This document shows positions 22,919 to 35,044 of a stretch of 64,000 nucleotides of DNA, one piece after another. The position numbers and the translations under genes are program-made. The stretch is from positions 4,774,001-4,838,000 of the forward strand of contig CATNEN010000002.1 of assembly GCA_950097015.1 (NCBI GenBank), in the 5' to 3' direction. Every line of letters starts with the position of its first letter. The stretch's first letter is position 1. Source of the stretch: Macrostomum hystrix. Its lineage: Eukaryota > Animalia > Platyhelminthes. Below the pieces are notes generated by a model. The model was not told the DNA's origin, did no database searches, and worked only from the letters and a program-made list of their open reading frames with translations.

Positions 22919-24600
22919 CAAGGGCTGTCCAAAAATAGTGAAATAATTGATAAAGTGAGCAATTATATTAGCAATTTGCAACAAGCTAAGTGTCAAACAA
23001 TTGATTAACATTTATTGAATTTACAGCTCTAAAATTGAATTCATCAGTATCAACTTTTAGAAATTAACAAAAAGTTAGAGGACCTAGACCATAGTTTTAC
23101 GCAAAACTATGTTTTAACATCACTTAGCATCTCAATCACCACCAACAGAAATCTTAGCGACAAAGTCCCTATTGAGCTGGTAACATTTTCTTCATAGGTA
23201 TTAGAGATGATTTGTAGCCTCTGCATAGCTCTGCCATAGGATTTGATGCAGTAGGACTTGCTAAACTTCCACCTCCAGATTGTCTCGTCTTTCAAAGATG
23301 TAACCTTGTATGTGCTTTTTCATCAGTGGGAATATTGCAGTTACTTGGACCAAGATCAGGCAAGTAGGGTGGATTGGAGAAAATTACAAATTTAAGTCTT
23401 TTGATAAGCTCAATGGTCTTCTTGGCTGTATCAGGCCAAGAATTATTGTTGAAGTTGGCTTTAAGTTGGCATGGTGTTTTGCATCACTGCTCTGAGTTTA
23501 TGGTCATCTTTTCTTCTAGTAAATCAATTGTCAGTGGGCCTTCACAATCAAAAAACTAAGTAAACATATCTTCTTTGAATGATAGTTGTGCTTCACCTTT
23601 ACAGGTGGATCACAGCCCCTTTGAGTCCAGACCTTGCTTTCCTATTCTAAAGTGAAGATTCCAGATTTCAACTCTAGTCACAATCAACTGGAACAAATCA
23701 TCCTAGCCACCACTGGCATGCAAATATCAATGGTTCTTCTGGTAAATAGTTTTTCTCATCATCTTCATTATGTTTGTAAGGAATAATTGCACCTAGCAAG
23801 CTGTCTGCTTAATGAGCCTGACATCTTTAGACCATGATCAGTTGGATAGAGTTTCTTGGACAGTTCAAATGGTCCAATACTTCTCTCACAGTGACTCAAT
23901 GTTTTTGATCAATCAGTAATCTCACCTGGTCTGCAAGATTTTTTGTTGGGGAGATTAGTCAACCTTACTTGCAGGTGTCGTTGCTAACATCCATTCCTTC
24001 CATTCTTGAGGGGGTCAGTGGCAGAGCAGTTATTGCCTTTGCCATTTGCACCACTGTCCCTAAGTTCGATTCCATGGCGATGCCACATTTATTTGGGGCG
24101 CAGCCACAGAGAGAAGGCTTGGGGACTTGTCATGCAATTTGCGCCCTTGAGGGCCAACCTTCAAGGCACAGTGAAATGTACAACTGCCTGACAATGAGAA
24201 AGTCAGCGCAGAGGTACACACCTGTGTGAGCATATTGCCTGCGTACAGTATCTGTGTGCATGTGTGATCAGGAGTCAGCAAAATGGGCTGAATTGCCTCC
24301 TCGCTGGCTGCTGGTCTAATGCCACTAAGTGATGTACCACTGCCCGCAGCCCTCCAGCAATTATTTATTATTTTTATTGTTATTAATCTCACCTTGGTCT
24401 GCAAGATTTTTTGTTGGGCAGATTAGTCAACCTTATTTGCAGGTGTCATTGCTAACATCCATTCCTTCTATTCTTGAAGTCTTTACTCCATTGCTAGAAA
24501 GCAGACTTGATCTGCCATGGGATCCACTGGGAATAAATTAATTGATGCTGTCCTTTTGATACCAAAGCTGAGTGTCGTGTTGGATTAAGATTTTGGAAGT
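22919..24600 (-). mobile_element. Decayed mariner (Tc1/mariner) DNA transposon, interrupted by a SINE
   Basis: TA+CAAGGGCTGTCCAAAAAT TIR-like end at 22917. Minus-strand fragments FKNGR, IVTRVEIWNLHF (cf. IVTGDETW), FFDCEG, NNNSWPDTA (cf. HDNARPHTA), NPPYLPDLGPSN (cf. HPPYSPDLAPSD), RKC...RDFV. Many stops and frameshifts; the left boundary is firm, the right is approximate. Confidence 0.8.
24010..24383 (+). mobile_element. tRNA-derived SINE flanked by a ~93-bp direct repeat
   Basis: A-box-like tggcagagcagtta, B-box gttcgattcc, (tta/ttta) tail; direct repeat at 23917-24009 and 24384-24477. Confidence 0.85.
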
Positions 24601-24688
24601 TACAAACTATGGCTATGCAAAATAATATCAAGTTCAAGTATGTAGTTCAAGCTGACTCTAGTAAAATTGTACATTTTCTTCTATTTAG

Positions 24689-24864
24689 ATCCCGGAAAAC
24701 CAACCTCTTGATGCACAGTCAAGCCAAATTTGCTCAGCAACAACCAAGACAGCAGCAGCAAAAGCAGATTGTAGATGCTCGGCAGTGCATTGCAGAGCGC
24801 AAGCGTCACTGCATCAGCGATGCCAGGCAGCTGCTGCTTCAGCGGCAGATGAAAGCCGGTCCTG
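24689..24864 (+). CDS. POLDIP3: POLDIP3-like exon 2
   Basis: Acceptor ttttcttctatttag, donor gtgagc at 24865; phase-compatible with exon 1 (AA|A = Lys). IVDARQCIAERKRHCISDARQLL resembles the paired DAR motifs of POLDIP3. Confidence 0.72.
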
Positions 24865-24889
24865 GTGAGCTCAAATATTTGACATTAGA

Positions 24890-25455
24890 CCAGCAGCCAG
24901 GGAGATGCAATTCTGCCCATTGAACAGACTTGAGAACACCCACGCACACCCAGACAGTGTGAACATATGCTCTGAATTATTTAGGCAGGCCATGTACACT
25001 CCCACTGTGCATTGGTGGTTGGCCCTCAAAGGCCTAAGTTGCACAGTAAGTCCCAAGCATTCTTTCAGCGGCTGCGCCCCAAATTAATGTGGCCTTGTCG
25101 AATGCGAATTAAGAATAATAATTGCAGGAAGGCTGTGGGCAGTAGCACGTTATTTGATAGCACTAGACCCGCAACTAGCGAAGAGGCAATTCTGCCCATT
25201 TCGCGGACTCCCTAAACACAGATGCAGACAGGTACTGTACTAAGCCATATATTCACACTGATGTGTACATCTGCCCTGACTTTCTCATTGTCAGGCAGTG
25301 TGCACTCTCACTTTGCTTTTGTGGTTGACCCTCTTAGGCGAATTTGCACGACAAGCCCCCAAGCCTTCTTTGCACAGCTGCGCCGCGAAATCGGGCTCAG
25401 GCAGCATGGTGCGAGAGGCAAACGCGTTAGACCTTTCTGCCACTCACCCTCCCTT
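24890..25455 (-). mobile_element. Two adjacent SINE copies (partial ~24890-25100, near full ~25105-25455) in intron 2
   Basis: Same body as the other copies; (aat) tail remnant at ~25110; head ...gcgagaggcaaacgcgtt...ctgccac at the right end. Confidence 0.8.
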
Positions 25456-25560
25456 CCCTGCTTAGTGACCTAAGCTTAGTGATCGTCAGATTGGGCAAGC
25501 AGCAGTCGCGTTAAACCTATTCGAAAGCAAAAAATACTATTCTCCAACCTTGTCGCCCAG

Positions 25561-26396
25561 TTCCCATCGAAGCTGCAGAATCCGAGCCAATTGGTGCACT
25601 GGAGGCTGTAGTCCCACTGCTACTGCCACAGAAGGTGATCTCCAATGATCTCTACCAGCCGCCGCCACTGGCGCCAATTCGCGGCGTCGCATTGCAGTAC
25701 GCCGGCTCCAGTCAGCGTGGAGCACCGCGTCACGGCTTCGGCCGCGGTCTCAGAATGTCCCGCGGATGGGGATATTATACTCGGCCCTATTTGCAGCAGC
25801 TGCTGCGCGGCCGCCTTACCCAGCCGCAGCCTCCGCCTGTTCATGTACAGCCAGTGGATTATTACTGTGAAGACGGCGCCGATGATTACTATGAAAGCGA
25901 GTTTTACGACGCTGACTATGGCGATGCATGTTATAGCGAGTACGGCTATGAAGCCCATGTTGATGAGCATCAACAGTACGCTGACATCGAGCCGCAGCCG
26001 TTGCCTCATCATCGGGATTATTCAGCATCTGGTCTGGAATATGATCAGAGCAATGGCGGTCAGGTCGATTTTGCCGTTGTCCCTACGGCCACAGTTTTCA
26101 GTAGACAGCATCGGCGACCGACTGCCATCCCTGTGGCCACTTCATCGAGGCCTCCAGTGTCGTCGCATGCTTCAGCGTCGGCTTACCATGCCTACGAGGA
26201 TCCGAACTACGACTGCGATGTTAAAATGCCGACTGATCGTCGACTAGATCGTAGCCGGAGTCGCTCGCCGCAAGCGCTGTCGGCATTCGCCACAGCCGGT
26301 TCGGCGACTCGTTCACGATATTCGCGCCAGTCGGAGCAGCGGCCAGAAGCTGGTGGATCTTCGGCTTCGAGCCTGAGACATTCATTTGGCGGCGTT
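25561..26396 (+). CDS. POLDIP3: POLDIP3-like exon 3 (3' boundary uncertain): Tyr/acidic and RS-rich low-complexity region
   Basis: Acceptor cttgtcgcccag; phase-1 join with exon 2 (G|TT = Val); open frame; KVISNDLY resembles the KVVQNDAY segment of POLDIP3. No strong donor identified. Confidence 0.6.
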
Positions 26397-26430
26397 GTGG
26401 AGGCAAGGGGCTGGAATCTTTTTTTGTTGA

Positions 26431-27796
26431 TTGTTATGTTGTGCCTGAGACAATAGGTCATTGTTATGTTGTGCCTGAGGCATTGGCTCATTGTTATGTT
26501 GTGTCTGAGGCATTGGGTCATTGTTATGTTGTGCCTGAGGCATTGGGTCATTGTTATGTTGTGCCTGAGACAGTGGGTCATTGTTATGTTGTGCCTGAGA
26601 CAATAGGTCATTGTTATGTTGTGCCTGAGATAGTGGGTCATTGTTATGTTGTGCCTGAGACAATAGGTCATTGTTATGTTGTGCCTGAGACAATTGGTCA
26701 TTGTTATGTTGTGTCTGAGACAGTTGGTCATTGTTATGTTGTGTCTGAGATAATATGTCATTGTTATGTTGTGCCTGAGGTATTGGGTCATTGTTATGTT
26801 GTGCCTGAGGCATTGGCTCATTGTTATGTTGTGTCTGAGGCATTGGCTCATTGTTATGTTGTGTCTGAGGCATTGGGTCATTGTTATGTTGTGCCTGAGA
26901 CAATAGGTCATTGTTATGTTGTGCCTGAGACAATAGGTCATTGTTATGTTGTGCCTGAGACAATAGGTCATTGTTATGCTGTGTCTGAGACAGTTGGTCA
27001 TTGTTATGTTGTGCCTGAGATAGTGGGTCATTGTTATGTTGTGCCTGAGACAATAGGTCATTGTTATGTTGTGCCTGAGACAATTGGTCATTGTTATGTT
27101 GTGTCTGAGACAGTTGGTCATTGTTATGTTGTGTCTGAGATAATATGTCATTGTTATGTTGTGCCTGAGGTATTGGGTCATTGTTATGTTGTGCCTGAGG
27201 CATTGGCTCATTGTTATGTTGTGTCTGAGGCATTGGGTCATTGTTATGTTGTGCCTGAGACAATAGGTCATTGTTATGTTGTGCCTGAGACAATAGGTCA
27301 TTGTTATGTTGTGCCTGAGACAATAGGTCATTGTTATGTTGTGTCTGAGACAGTTGGTCATTGTTATGTTGTGTCTGAGATAATATGTCATTGTTATGTT
27401 GTGCCTGAGACAATAGGTCATTGTTATGTTGTGCCTGAGGCATTGGCTCATTGTTATGTTGTGCCTGAGACAATAGGTCATTGTTGTGTTGTGCCTGAGG
27501 CAATAGGTCATTGTTATGTTGTGTCTGAGTCATTGGCTCATTGTTATGTTGTGCCTGAGGCAGTGGGTCATTGTTATGTTGTGTCTGAGGCATTGGCTCA
27601 TTGTTATGTTGTGCCTGAGACAGTGGGTCATTGTTATGTTGTGCCTGAGGCAGTGGGTCATTGTTATGTTGTGCCTGAGACAGTGGGTCATTGTTATGTT
27701 GTGCCTGAGGCAGTGGGTCATTGTTATGTTGTGCCTGAGGCAGTGGGTCATTGTTATGTTGTGCCTGAGACAGTGGGTCATTGTTATGTTGTGTCT
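26431..27796. repeat. 30-bp minisatellite (ttgttatgttgtgcctgagacaataggtca) with 390-bp higher-order repeat
   Basis: About 45 units in exact 30-bp register; the variant order at 26631-26820 recurs at 27021-27210. Confidence 0.95.
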
Positions 27797-28096
27797 GTAA
27801 GATTTGTATCATTGTTATTTTAAGCCTGTCAGAAAGGAATGGTTTATTTTTATGTCGAGACTGTAATCTGATTATTTGATTGTTATATTAAACGTTATGA
27901 GCAGGTCATTGTTATGTTAGACCAGTATGATTCGGTCATTTCCTGAGACTGGGGAAATCTTTATAACAAGTTCGGCTGGATTGCTTTTAATTTTAGACAA
28001 CTGAAATTTCCTTCGTAGTCACATTTATTTTTCCTGAACTTGATTCGAGCTAAACATGCTCACTTATTATCGCTTGTCATATGTTTCGCAAAACAG

Positions 28097-28390
28097 GCCT
28101 ATAGAGTGTCGGTCAGCAATCTTCACCAGAAGGTCACCCGTGAGGACATCTACGAGCTGTTCTCTTCTGTTGGCACTGTTAAAAAGTGTACCATGCTTGC
28201 TGGCGGTCGAGCAGAAGTTGTTTATCTAGTTCTGTCCGAGGCTCAAACCGCGATTAGAAGCTATGACCAGCGAGAATTAGATGGTGTGCCAATGCGGCTG
28301 CAACTTTCTACCGTCAACATGCAGCTGTCATCAGCTACTAAGAGTGAGCATCCGCAGCATCCCCCTCATGATAATGGCTATCGCTACTAA
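28097..28390 (+). CDS. POLDIP3: POLDIP3-like terminal exon, RRM domain
   Basis: Acceptor gtttcgcaaaacag. VSVSNLHQKVTREDIYELFSSVGTVKKCTMLAGGRAEVVY...YDQRELDGVPMRLQL has the short-loop RRM of POLDIP3 type (NLHxxVxxEDIxELF...AEVV...LDGxPM). Confidence 0.8.
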   Translation, partial: AYRVSVSNLHQKVTREDIYELFSSVGTVKKCTMLAGGRAEVVYLVLSEAQTAIRSYDQRELDGVPMRLQLSTVNMQLSSATKSEHPQHPPHDNGYRY

Positions 28391-28524
28391 TTGGGCTTCT
28401 ACGACTTGATTTTTGCTTGAAATGCGAAAACTTTAGCTACACTATAACATATATTTGTTCACTTTATTGCCTGAACATTCTTATCGTTTATATGGCACGG
28501 AAGTTGTTAAGTTCTACTAGATGT

Positions 28525-28845
28525 CACGTGGGGTGGTTGTCTCGCACAGGCAGAGGAATGGGGTGGGTGTCGCGCGCAGGCGAAGGAGTGGGGTGGATGT
28601 CGTTCACTGGTGGAGAAATAGGGTGGGTGTCGTGCGCCGGCGAAGGAGTGGGGTGGATGTCGTTCACTGGTGGAGAAATAGGGTGGGTGTCGTGCACAGG
28701 CATAGAAATGGGGTGGGTGTCTCGCGCAGGCGAAGGAGTGGGGTGGATGTCTTTCACTGGAGGAGAAATGGGTGGGTGTCGTGCTCAGACAAAGGAATGA
28801 GTTGGGTGTCGCGCGCAGGCGAAGGAGTGGTTGGGTGTCTCGTAA
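28525..28845. repeat. ~30-bp alternating G-rich tandem repeat
   Basis: gggtgggtgtc... and ggggtggatgtc... units alternate. Confidence 0.8.
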
Positions 28846-29544
28846 TTCTATCGTTGAAGCTGTTAGCTGTAAATTGAGGTAGATTAAAGGGATAGCAAAA
28901 CAGAAAAAGCTGTTTTTTTCTCGCATAGCCATGTGCACAAACGATGTGAATAAAAAATGATTGCCGAGCATTATTAGCTTTTATTATTCGTTTGAGTCGA
29001 ATTCCTATTCTTTATGATTTAATGTACCGATCGTATCACGAGTATGCCATAATTGTATCTGTTCGTTTTATTAATTGGTTCGAAATTTAAATATAAGTAT
29101 TTTCTCCACTTTGTGCCATCAAATGTGTACAAGCTTAGACAAGTAAACTTTATCATGTCCTCATTTTGACCTGTTGATTTATCAGTTGTTGCATAAATTT
29201 AAGCTATTTTTATAACCATGCACTGCTGGCTACTACCAGTAGCACAAAAAGCTAGCGCGTTTTATATTTCCCTTGCAACCAGCTAAGAAAATTAATGCAA
29301 ACTGTTTAGCTTTGTGTTCTGTTTTTTGTTTTCGAGACGATTTCAAAGAAATTAATTGTTCGGCATTTACAAAAAGCTATAATGATTAGCGAAGTAAATA
29401 GGAAATGCTAATTTGTCACGCACTCTTCATTGTTGCCACTGCATTGGCTGATTTTGAAAATAGTTATAATATTTTTAATACTTTTTTAATGTTTTTCAAG
29501 TGGTAGCTCTAGTAAATAGTTTTATAATTATTAACACATGCAAC

Positions 29545-30378
29545 TAACCCCACAGCCAGACTCATTTTATCAATCGCCATGATCCCCTAATCCACAGCCA
29601 TGATCCCCTGACCCACAGTCCTGATCTCTGACCCACAGTCCTGCTCTCCTAACCCACAGTCTGATCCTCTGACCCACAGTCCTGATCCCCTAACCCACAG
29701 CTATGATCCCCTAACCCACAGTCCTGATCCCCTAACCCACAATCTTGATCCTCTGACCCACAGTCCTGATCTCTGACCCACAGTCCTGCTCTCCTAACCC
29801 ACAGTCTGATCCTCTGACCCACAGTCCTGATCCCCTGACCCACAGCCATGATCCTCTAACCCACAGCTATGATCCCCTAACCCACAGCCATGATCCCCTA
29901 ACCCACAGCCATGATCCCCTAACCCACAGCCATGATCCCCTAACCCACAGCCATGATCCTCTAACCCACAGCTATGATCCTCTAACCCACAGCCATGATC
30001 CCCTAACCCACAGCCATGATCCTCTAACCCACAACCATGATCCTCTAACCCACAGCTATGATCCCCTGACCCACAGCCATGATCCTCTAACCCACAGCTA
30101 TGATTCCCGAACCCACAGCTATGATCCCCTAACCCACAGCCATGATCCTCTAACCCACAGCTATGATCCCCTGACCCACAGCCATGATCCTCTAACCCAC
30201 AGCCATGATCCCCTGACCCACAGTCCTGCTCTCCTAACCCACAGTCTGATCCTCTGACCCACAGTCCTGATCCCCTGACCCACAGCCATGATCCCCTAAC
30301 CCACAGCCATGATCCTCTAACCCACAGCCATGATCCCCTAACCCACAGTCCTAATCCCCTAACCTACAGCTATGATCC
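29545..30378. repeat. ~21-bp minisatellite (cccacagccatgatcccctaa)
   Basis: Tandem units seen directly. Confidence 0.92.
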
Positions 30379-30914
30379 TAAAGTAGCTTTTAGTAGGAAA
30401 AGTAGTTAATAACTAAGAAAACTACAACAGCTATTGATGTTAATTTTGTCCAGCAAATTTATATATTAGGAAAACAAAGCGGTCTACCAGACAAAAAGAA
30501 ATTGGGTTTTGTAGCAAAAAATGTATCGATTAATATTTGGTGGAGAGTAACATTTGGTGGAGTGGTTGAGAGTAGCGCTTGTCGATATTTTTAAATTGAA
30601 TTCTTGATAAAAATGAGATACGTGCATTAAAAAATGTTTAAGAGCAATAAATTCTTGTCTACTCTTTTACTCTGCGTCGCATAAATATTTGTCATTTTTC
30701 CAATACGTAAGTAGTGCTAAATAGTAAAACTATTACAAGCAATTTAATAAATTTCTTCATTAAAATTTCACTAAATTCGGCTGTTGTCAAAAATAAAATA
30801 GAAATAGAAAAGTAGAATGCATACACCTATAGCGCTCAGGCAGTCAGCAGTCAGCGAAAAATCTTATTAAGACTTAATTTAACTTTGCTGAAAAAGTTGT
30901 TCCACTTGGGTTAG

Positions 30915-33900
30915 ATCTGCCAGCTTCCAGGTATCTGCGACTATGCGATAGAGCAATCTGTCAGCTTCCAGGTATCTACGAGTTTGTGATAAAGCAATCT
31001 CCCAGCTTCCAGGTATCTACGATTAGTGATAAAGCAGTCTCCCAGCTTCCAGGTATCTACGATTAGTGATAAAGCAATCTCCCAGCTTCCAGGTATCTAC
31101 GAGTTTGTGATAGAGCAATCTCCCAGATTCCAGGTATCTACGAGTTTGTGATAGAGCAATCTGCCAGCTTCTAGGTATCTGCGAGTATGTGATAGAGCAA
31201 TCTGCCAGCTTCTAGGTATCTACGATTAGTGATAGAGCAATCTCCCAGATTCCAGGTATCTACGAGTTTGTGATAGAGCAATCTGCCAGCTTCTAGGTAT
31301 CTACAATTAGTGATAGAGCAATCTGCCAGCTTCCAGGTATCTGCGAGTATGTGATAGAGCAATCTGCCAGCTTCTAGGTATCTACAATTAGTGATAGAGC
31401 AATCTGCCAGCTTCTAGGTATCTACGAGTATGTGATAGAGCAATCTGCCAGCTTCTAGGTATCTACGATTAGTGATAGAGCAATCTGCCAGCTTCTAGGT
31501 ATCTACGATTAGTGATAGAGCAATCTGCCAGATTCCAGGTATCTACGATTAGTGATAAAGCAGTCTCCCAGATTCCAGGTATCTGCGAGTATGTGATAGA
31601 GCAATCTCCCAGATTCCAGGTATCTACGAGTATGTGATAGAGCAATCTCCCAGCTTCCAGGTATCTACGATTAGTGATAAAGCAGTCTCCCAGCTTCTAG
31701 GTATCTACGATTAGTGATAAAGCAGTCTCCCAGCTTCTAGGTATCTACGATTAGTGATAGAGCAATCTGCCAGCTTCTAGGTATCTACGATTAGTGATAG
31801 AGCAATCTGCCAGCTTCTAGGTATCTACGATTAGTGATAGAGCAATCTGCCAGCTTCTAGGTATCTACGATTAGTGATAGAGCAATCTCCCAGATTCCAG
31901 GTATCTGCGAGTATGTGATAGAGCAATCTCCCAGATTCCAGGTATCTACGAGTATGTGATAGAGCAATCTGCCAGCTTCTAGGTATCTACAATTAGTGAT
32001 AGAGCAATCTCCCAGCTTCCAGGTATCTACGATTAGTGATAGAGCAATCTGCCAGCTTCTAGGTATCTACGATTAGTGATAGAGCAATCTGCCAGCTTCC
32101 AGGTATCTACAATTAGTGATAGAGCAATCTCCCAGATTCCAGGTATCTACGATTAGTGATAGAGCAATCTCCCAGATTCCAGGTATCTACGATTAGTGAT
32201 AGAGCAATCTCCCAGCTTCTAGGTATCTACGATTAGTGATAGAGCAGTCTCCCAGCTTCCAGGTATCTACGATTAGTGATAAAGCAATCTCCCAGCTTCC
32301 AGGTATCTACGAGTTTGTGATAGAGCAATCTCCCAGATTCCAGGTATCTACGAGTTTGTGATAGAGCAATCTGCCAGCTTCTAGGTATCTGCGAGTATGT
32401 GATAGAGCAATCTGCCAGCTTCTAGGTATCTACGATTAGTGATAGAGCAATCTCCCAGATTCCAGGTATCTACGAGTTTGTGATAGAGCAATCTGCCAGC
32501 TTCTAGGTATCTGCGAGTATGTGATAGAGCAATCTGCCAGCTTCTAGGTATCTACAATTAGTGATAGAGCAATCTGCCAGCTTCTAGGTATCTACGAGTA
32601 TGTGATAGAGCAATCTGCCAGCTTCTAGGTATCTACGATTAGTGATAGAGCAATCTGCCAGCTTCTAGGTATCTACGATTAGTGATAGAGCAATCTCCCA
32701 GATTCCAGGTATCTACGATTAGTGATAGAGCAATCTCCCAGATTCCAGGTATCTACGATTAGTGATAAAGCAGTCTCCCAGATTCCAGGTATCTGCGAGT
32801 ATGTGATAGAGCAATCTCCCAGATTCCAGGTATCTACGATTAGTGATAGAGCAATCTGCCAGCTTCTAGGTATCTACGATTAGTGATAGAGCAATCTCCC
32901 AGATTCCAGGTATCTACGATTAGTGATAAAGCAGTCTCCCAGATTCCAGGTATCTGCGAGTATGTGATAGAGCAATCTCCCAGATTCCAGGTATCTACGA
33001 GTATGTGATAGAGCAATCTCCCAGCTTCCAGGTATCTACGATTAGTGATAAAGCAGTCTCCCAGCTTCTAGGTATCTACGATTAGTGATAAAGCAGTCTC
33101 CCAGCTTCTAGGTATCTACGATTAGTGATAGAGCAATCTGCCAGCTTCTAGGTATCTACGATTAGTGATAGAGCAATCTGCCAGCTTCTAGGTATCTACG
33201 ATTAGTGATAGAGCAATCTGCCAGCTTCTAGGTATCTACGATTAGTGATAGAGCAATCTCCCAGATTCCAGGTATCTGCGAGTATGTGATAGAGCAATCT
33301 CCCAGATTCCAGGTATCTACGAGTATGTGATAGAGCAATCTGCCAGCTTCTAGGTATCTACAATTAGTGATAGAGCAATCTCCCAGCTTCCAGGTATCTA
33401 CGATTAGTGATAGAGCAATCTGCCAGCTTCTAGGTATCTACGATTAGTGATAGAGCAATCTGCCAGCTTCCAGGTATCTACAATTAGTGATAGAGCAATC
33501 TGCCAGCTTCTAGGTATCTACGATTAGTGATAGAGCAATCTCCCAGATTCCAGGTATCTGCGAGTATGTGATAGAGCAATCTCCCAGATTCCAGGTATCT
33601 ACGAGTATGTGATAGAGCAATCTGCCAGCTTCTAGGTATCTACAATTAGTGATAGAGCAATCTCCCAGCTTCCAGGTATCTACGATTAGTGATAGAGCAA
33701 TCTGCCAGCTTCTAGGTATCTACGATTAGTGATAGAGCAATCTGCCAGCTTCCAGGTATCTACAATTAGTGATAGAGCAATCTCCCAGATTCCAGGTATC
33801 TACGATTAGTGATAGAGCAATCTCCCAGATTCCAGGTATCTACGATTAGTGATAGAGCAATCTCCCAGATTCCAGGTATCTACGATTAGTGATAGAGCAA

Positions 33901-34110
33901 TCTGCCAGCTTCTAGGTATCTACGAGTATGTGATAGAGCAATCTGCCAGCTTCTAGGTATCTACGAGTATGTGATAGAGCAATCTGCCAGCTTCTAGGTA
34001 TCTACGATTAGTGATAGAGCAATCTGCCAGCTTCCAGGTATCTACGAGTATGTGATAGAGCAATCTGCCAGCTTCTAGGTATCTACGAGTATGTGATAGA
34101 GCAATCTCCC
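30915..34110. repeat. 40/41-bp minisatellite, ~3.2 kb (gatagagcaatctgccagcttctaggtatctacgattagt)
   Basis: About 80 units varying at only a few sites; contains higher-order duplication. Confidence 0.95.
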
Positions 34111-35044
34111 ACATAGAAAAATGTGCTATGCTAAATAAAAATGAAATAACATAAGCTCATGCATACTACTGTGGTGGGCACAATATCGTAAAAGTTTATC
34201 GTTACAAACATTTTCTATATCCTTAAGTTTTAGCGCATAAACGGAATAACGAAAAACGGTAACATTATTTAGCGGTCGTTAAATCACCGAAGCTAAACAT
34301 CTTAGACAATGCCCACCACTGAATGCTTATGAGTGAGTTAGTGAGTATATAGTCTAGAACAGCACGCCTGCGAGTTGAGTTGAGTTTGAAGAGTCCGGGT
34401 TTAAAGGGCTAACAAAATTTTCTCACTGCTGAGAACATTGCTGCAGAGGATTTGCTGCCGGATTTGCATCTAGCTGTTGGCCTACCGCAGCTGCAGCGGC
34501 TCCCACACCTAAGCCCGCGTGGTCCTCATCTTCATCGCCTCTATTAGAATTACTGTCTAGGTTGACAGTACTCCACGTGTCATTTAACGTCAGGTCCTGA
34601 GCTGCTCTAGACAGACCGCATGGGATGCCTCCAAAATAGCTTACTCTGGAACCGAGGACAACGGATTTTCACATTTTATTCATCTTGAAAGTTTATTTAA
34701 CGTCATTAAAATCTTACATGTCATTATCATCTAATTGTTGCAACTCTGGGACTGCTACATTCCCTTCTTCCGGCACCATGGCGTTCTGCCGATTGTGCGC
34801 GCACAGTAGTAGGTTGATGTCAAGGACAATTTCGTTATCAGCGACAGCCAGTTCTCTGAAATTCGATTCAGTCTCTTGGTGTGGGAGACTTGGTGTGTGA
34901 TAAGACTTGTGTGGTGAGACTTTGTGCGTAAGCTTTTATGTGAGACTTGATTCCAGGCTTGGTGTGTGTGAATCTTCGTGTGAGACTTGGTGCGAGATTT
35001 GCTCACTTAAAAGGCACTTCAAAGCATAAACAGTCGCTGCTAAC

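Noticed and set aside
26207-27812. Long ORFs (434-476 aa) on the minus strand of the 30-bp array
   Set aside because: They are translations of a repeat whose unit length is a multiple of 3, with no non-repeat coding context.
30915-34110. CRISPR-like appearance of the 40-bp array (also the 30-bp and 19-bp arrays)
   Set aside because: There are no unique spacers, variation is limited to a few recurring sites, no cas genes are present and the context is eukaryotic.
34710-34935. Extra coding tail downstream of the giant ankyrin gene (ETESNFRELAVADNE...DDNDM)
   Set aside because: It looks coding but is separated from the putative last exon by an in-frame TAA at 34936-34938; it cannot be supported without transcripts.
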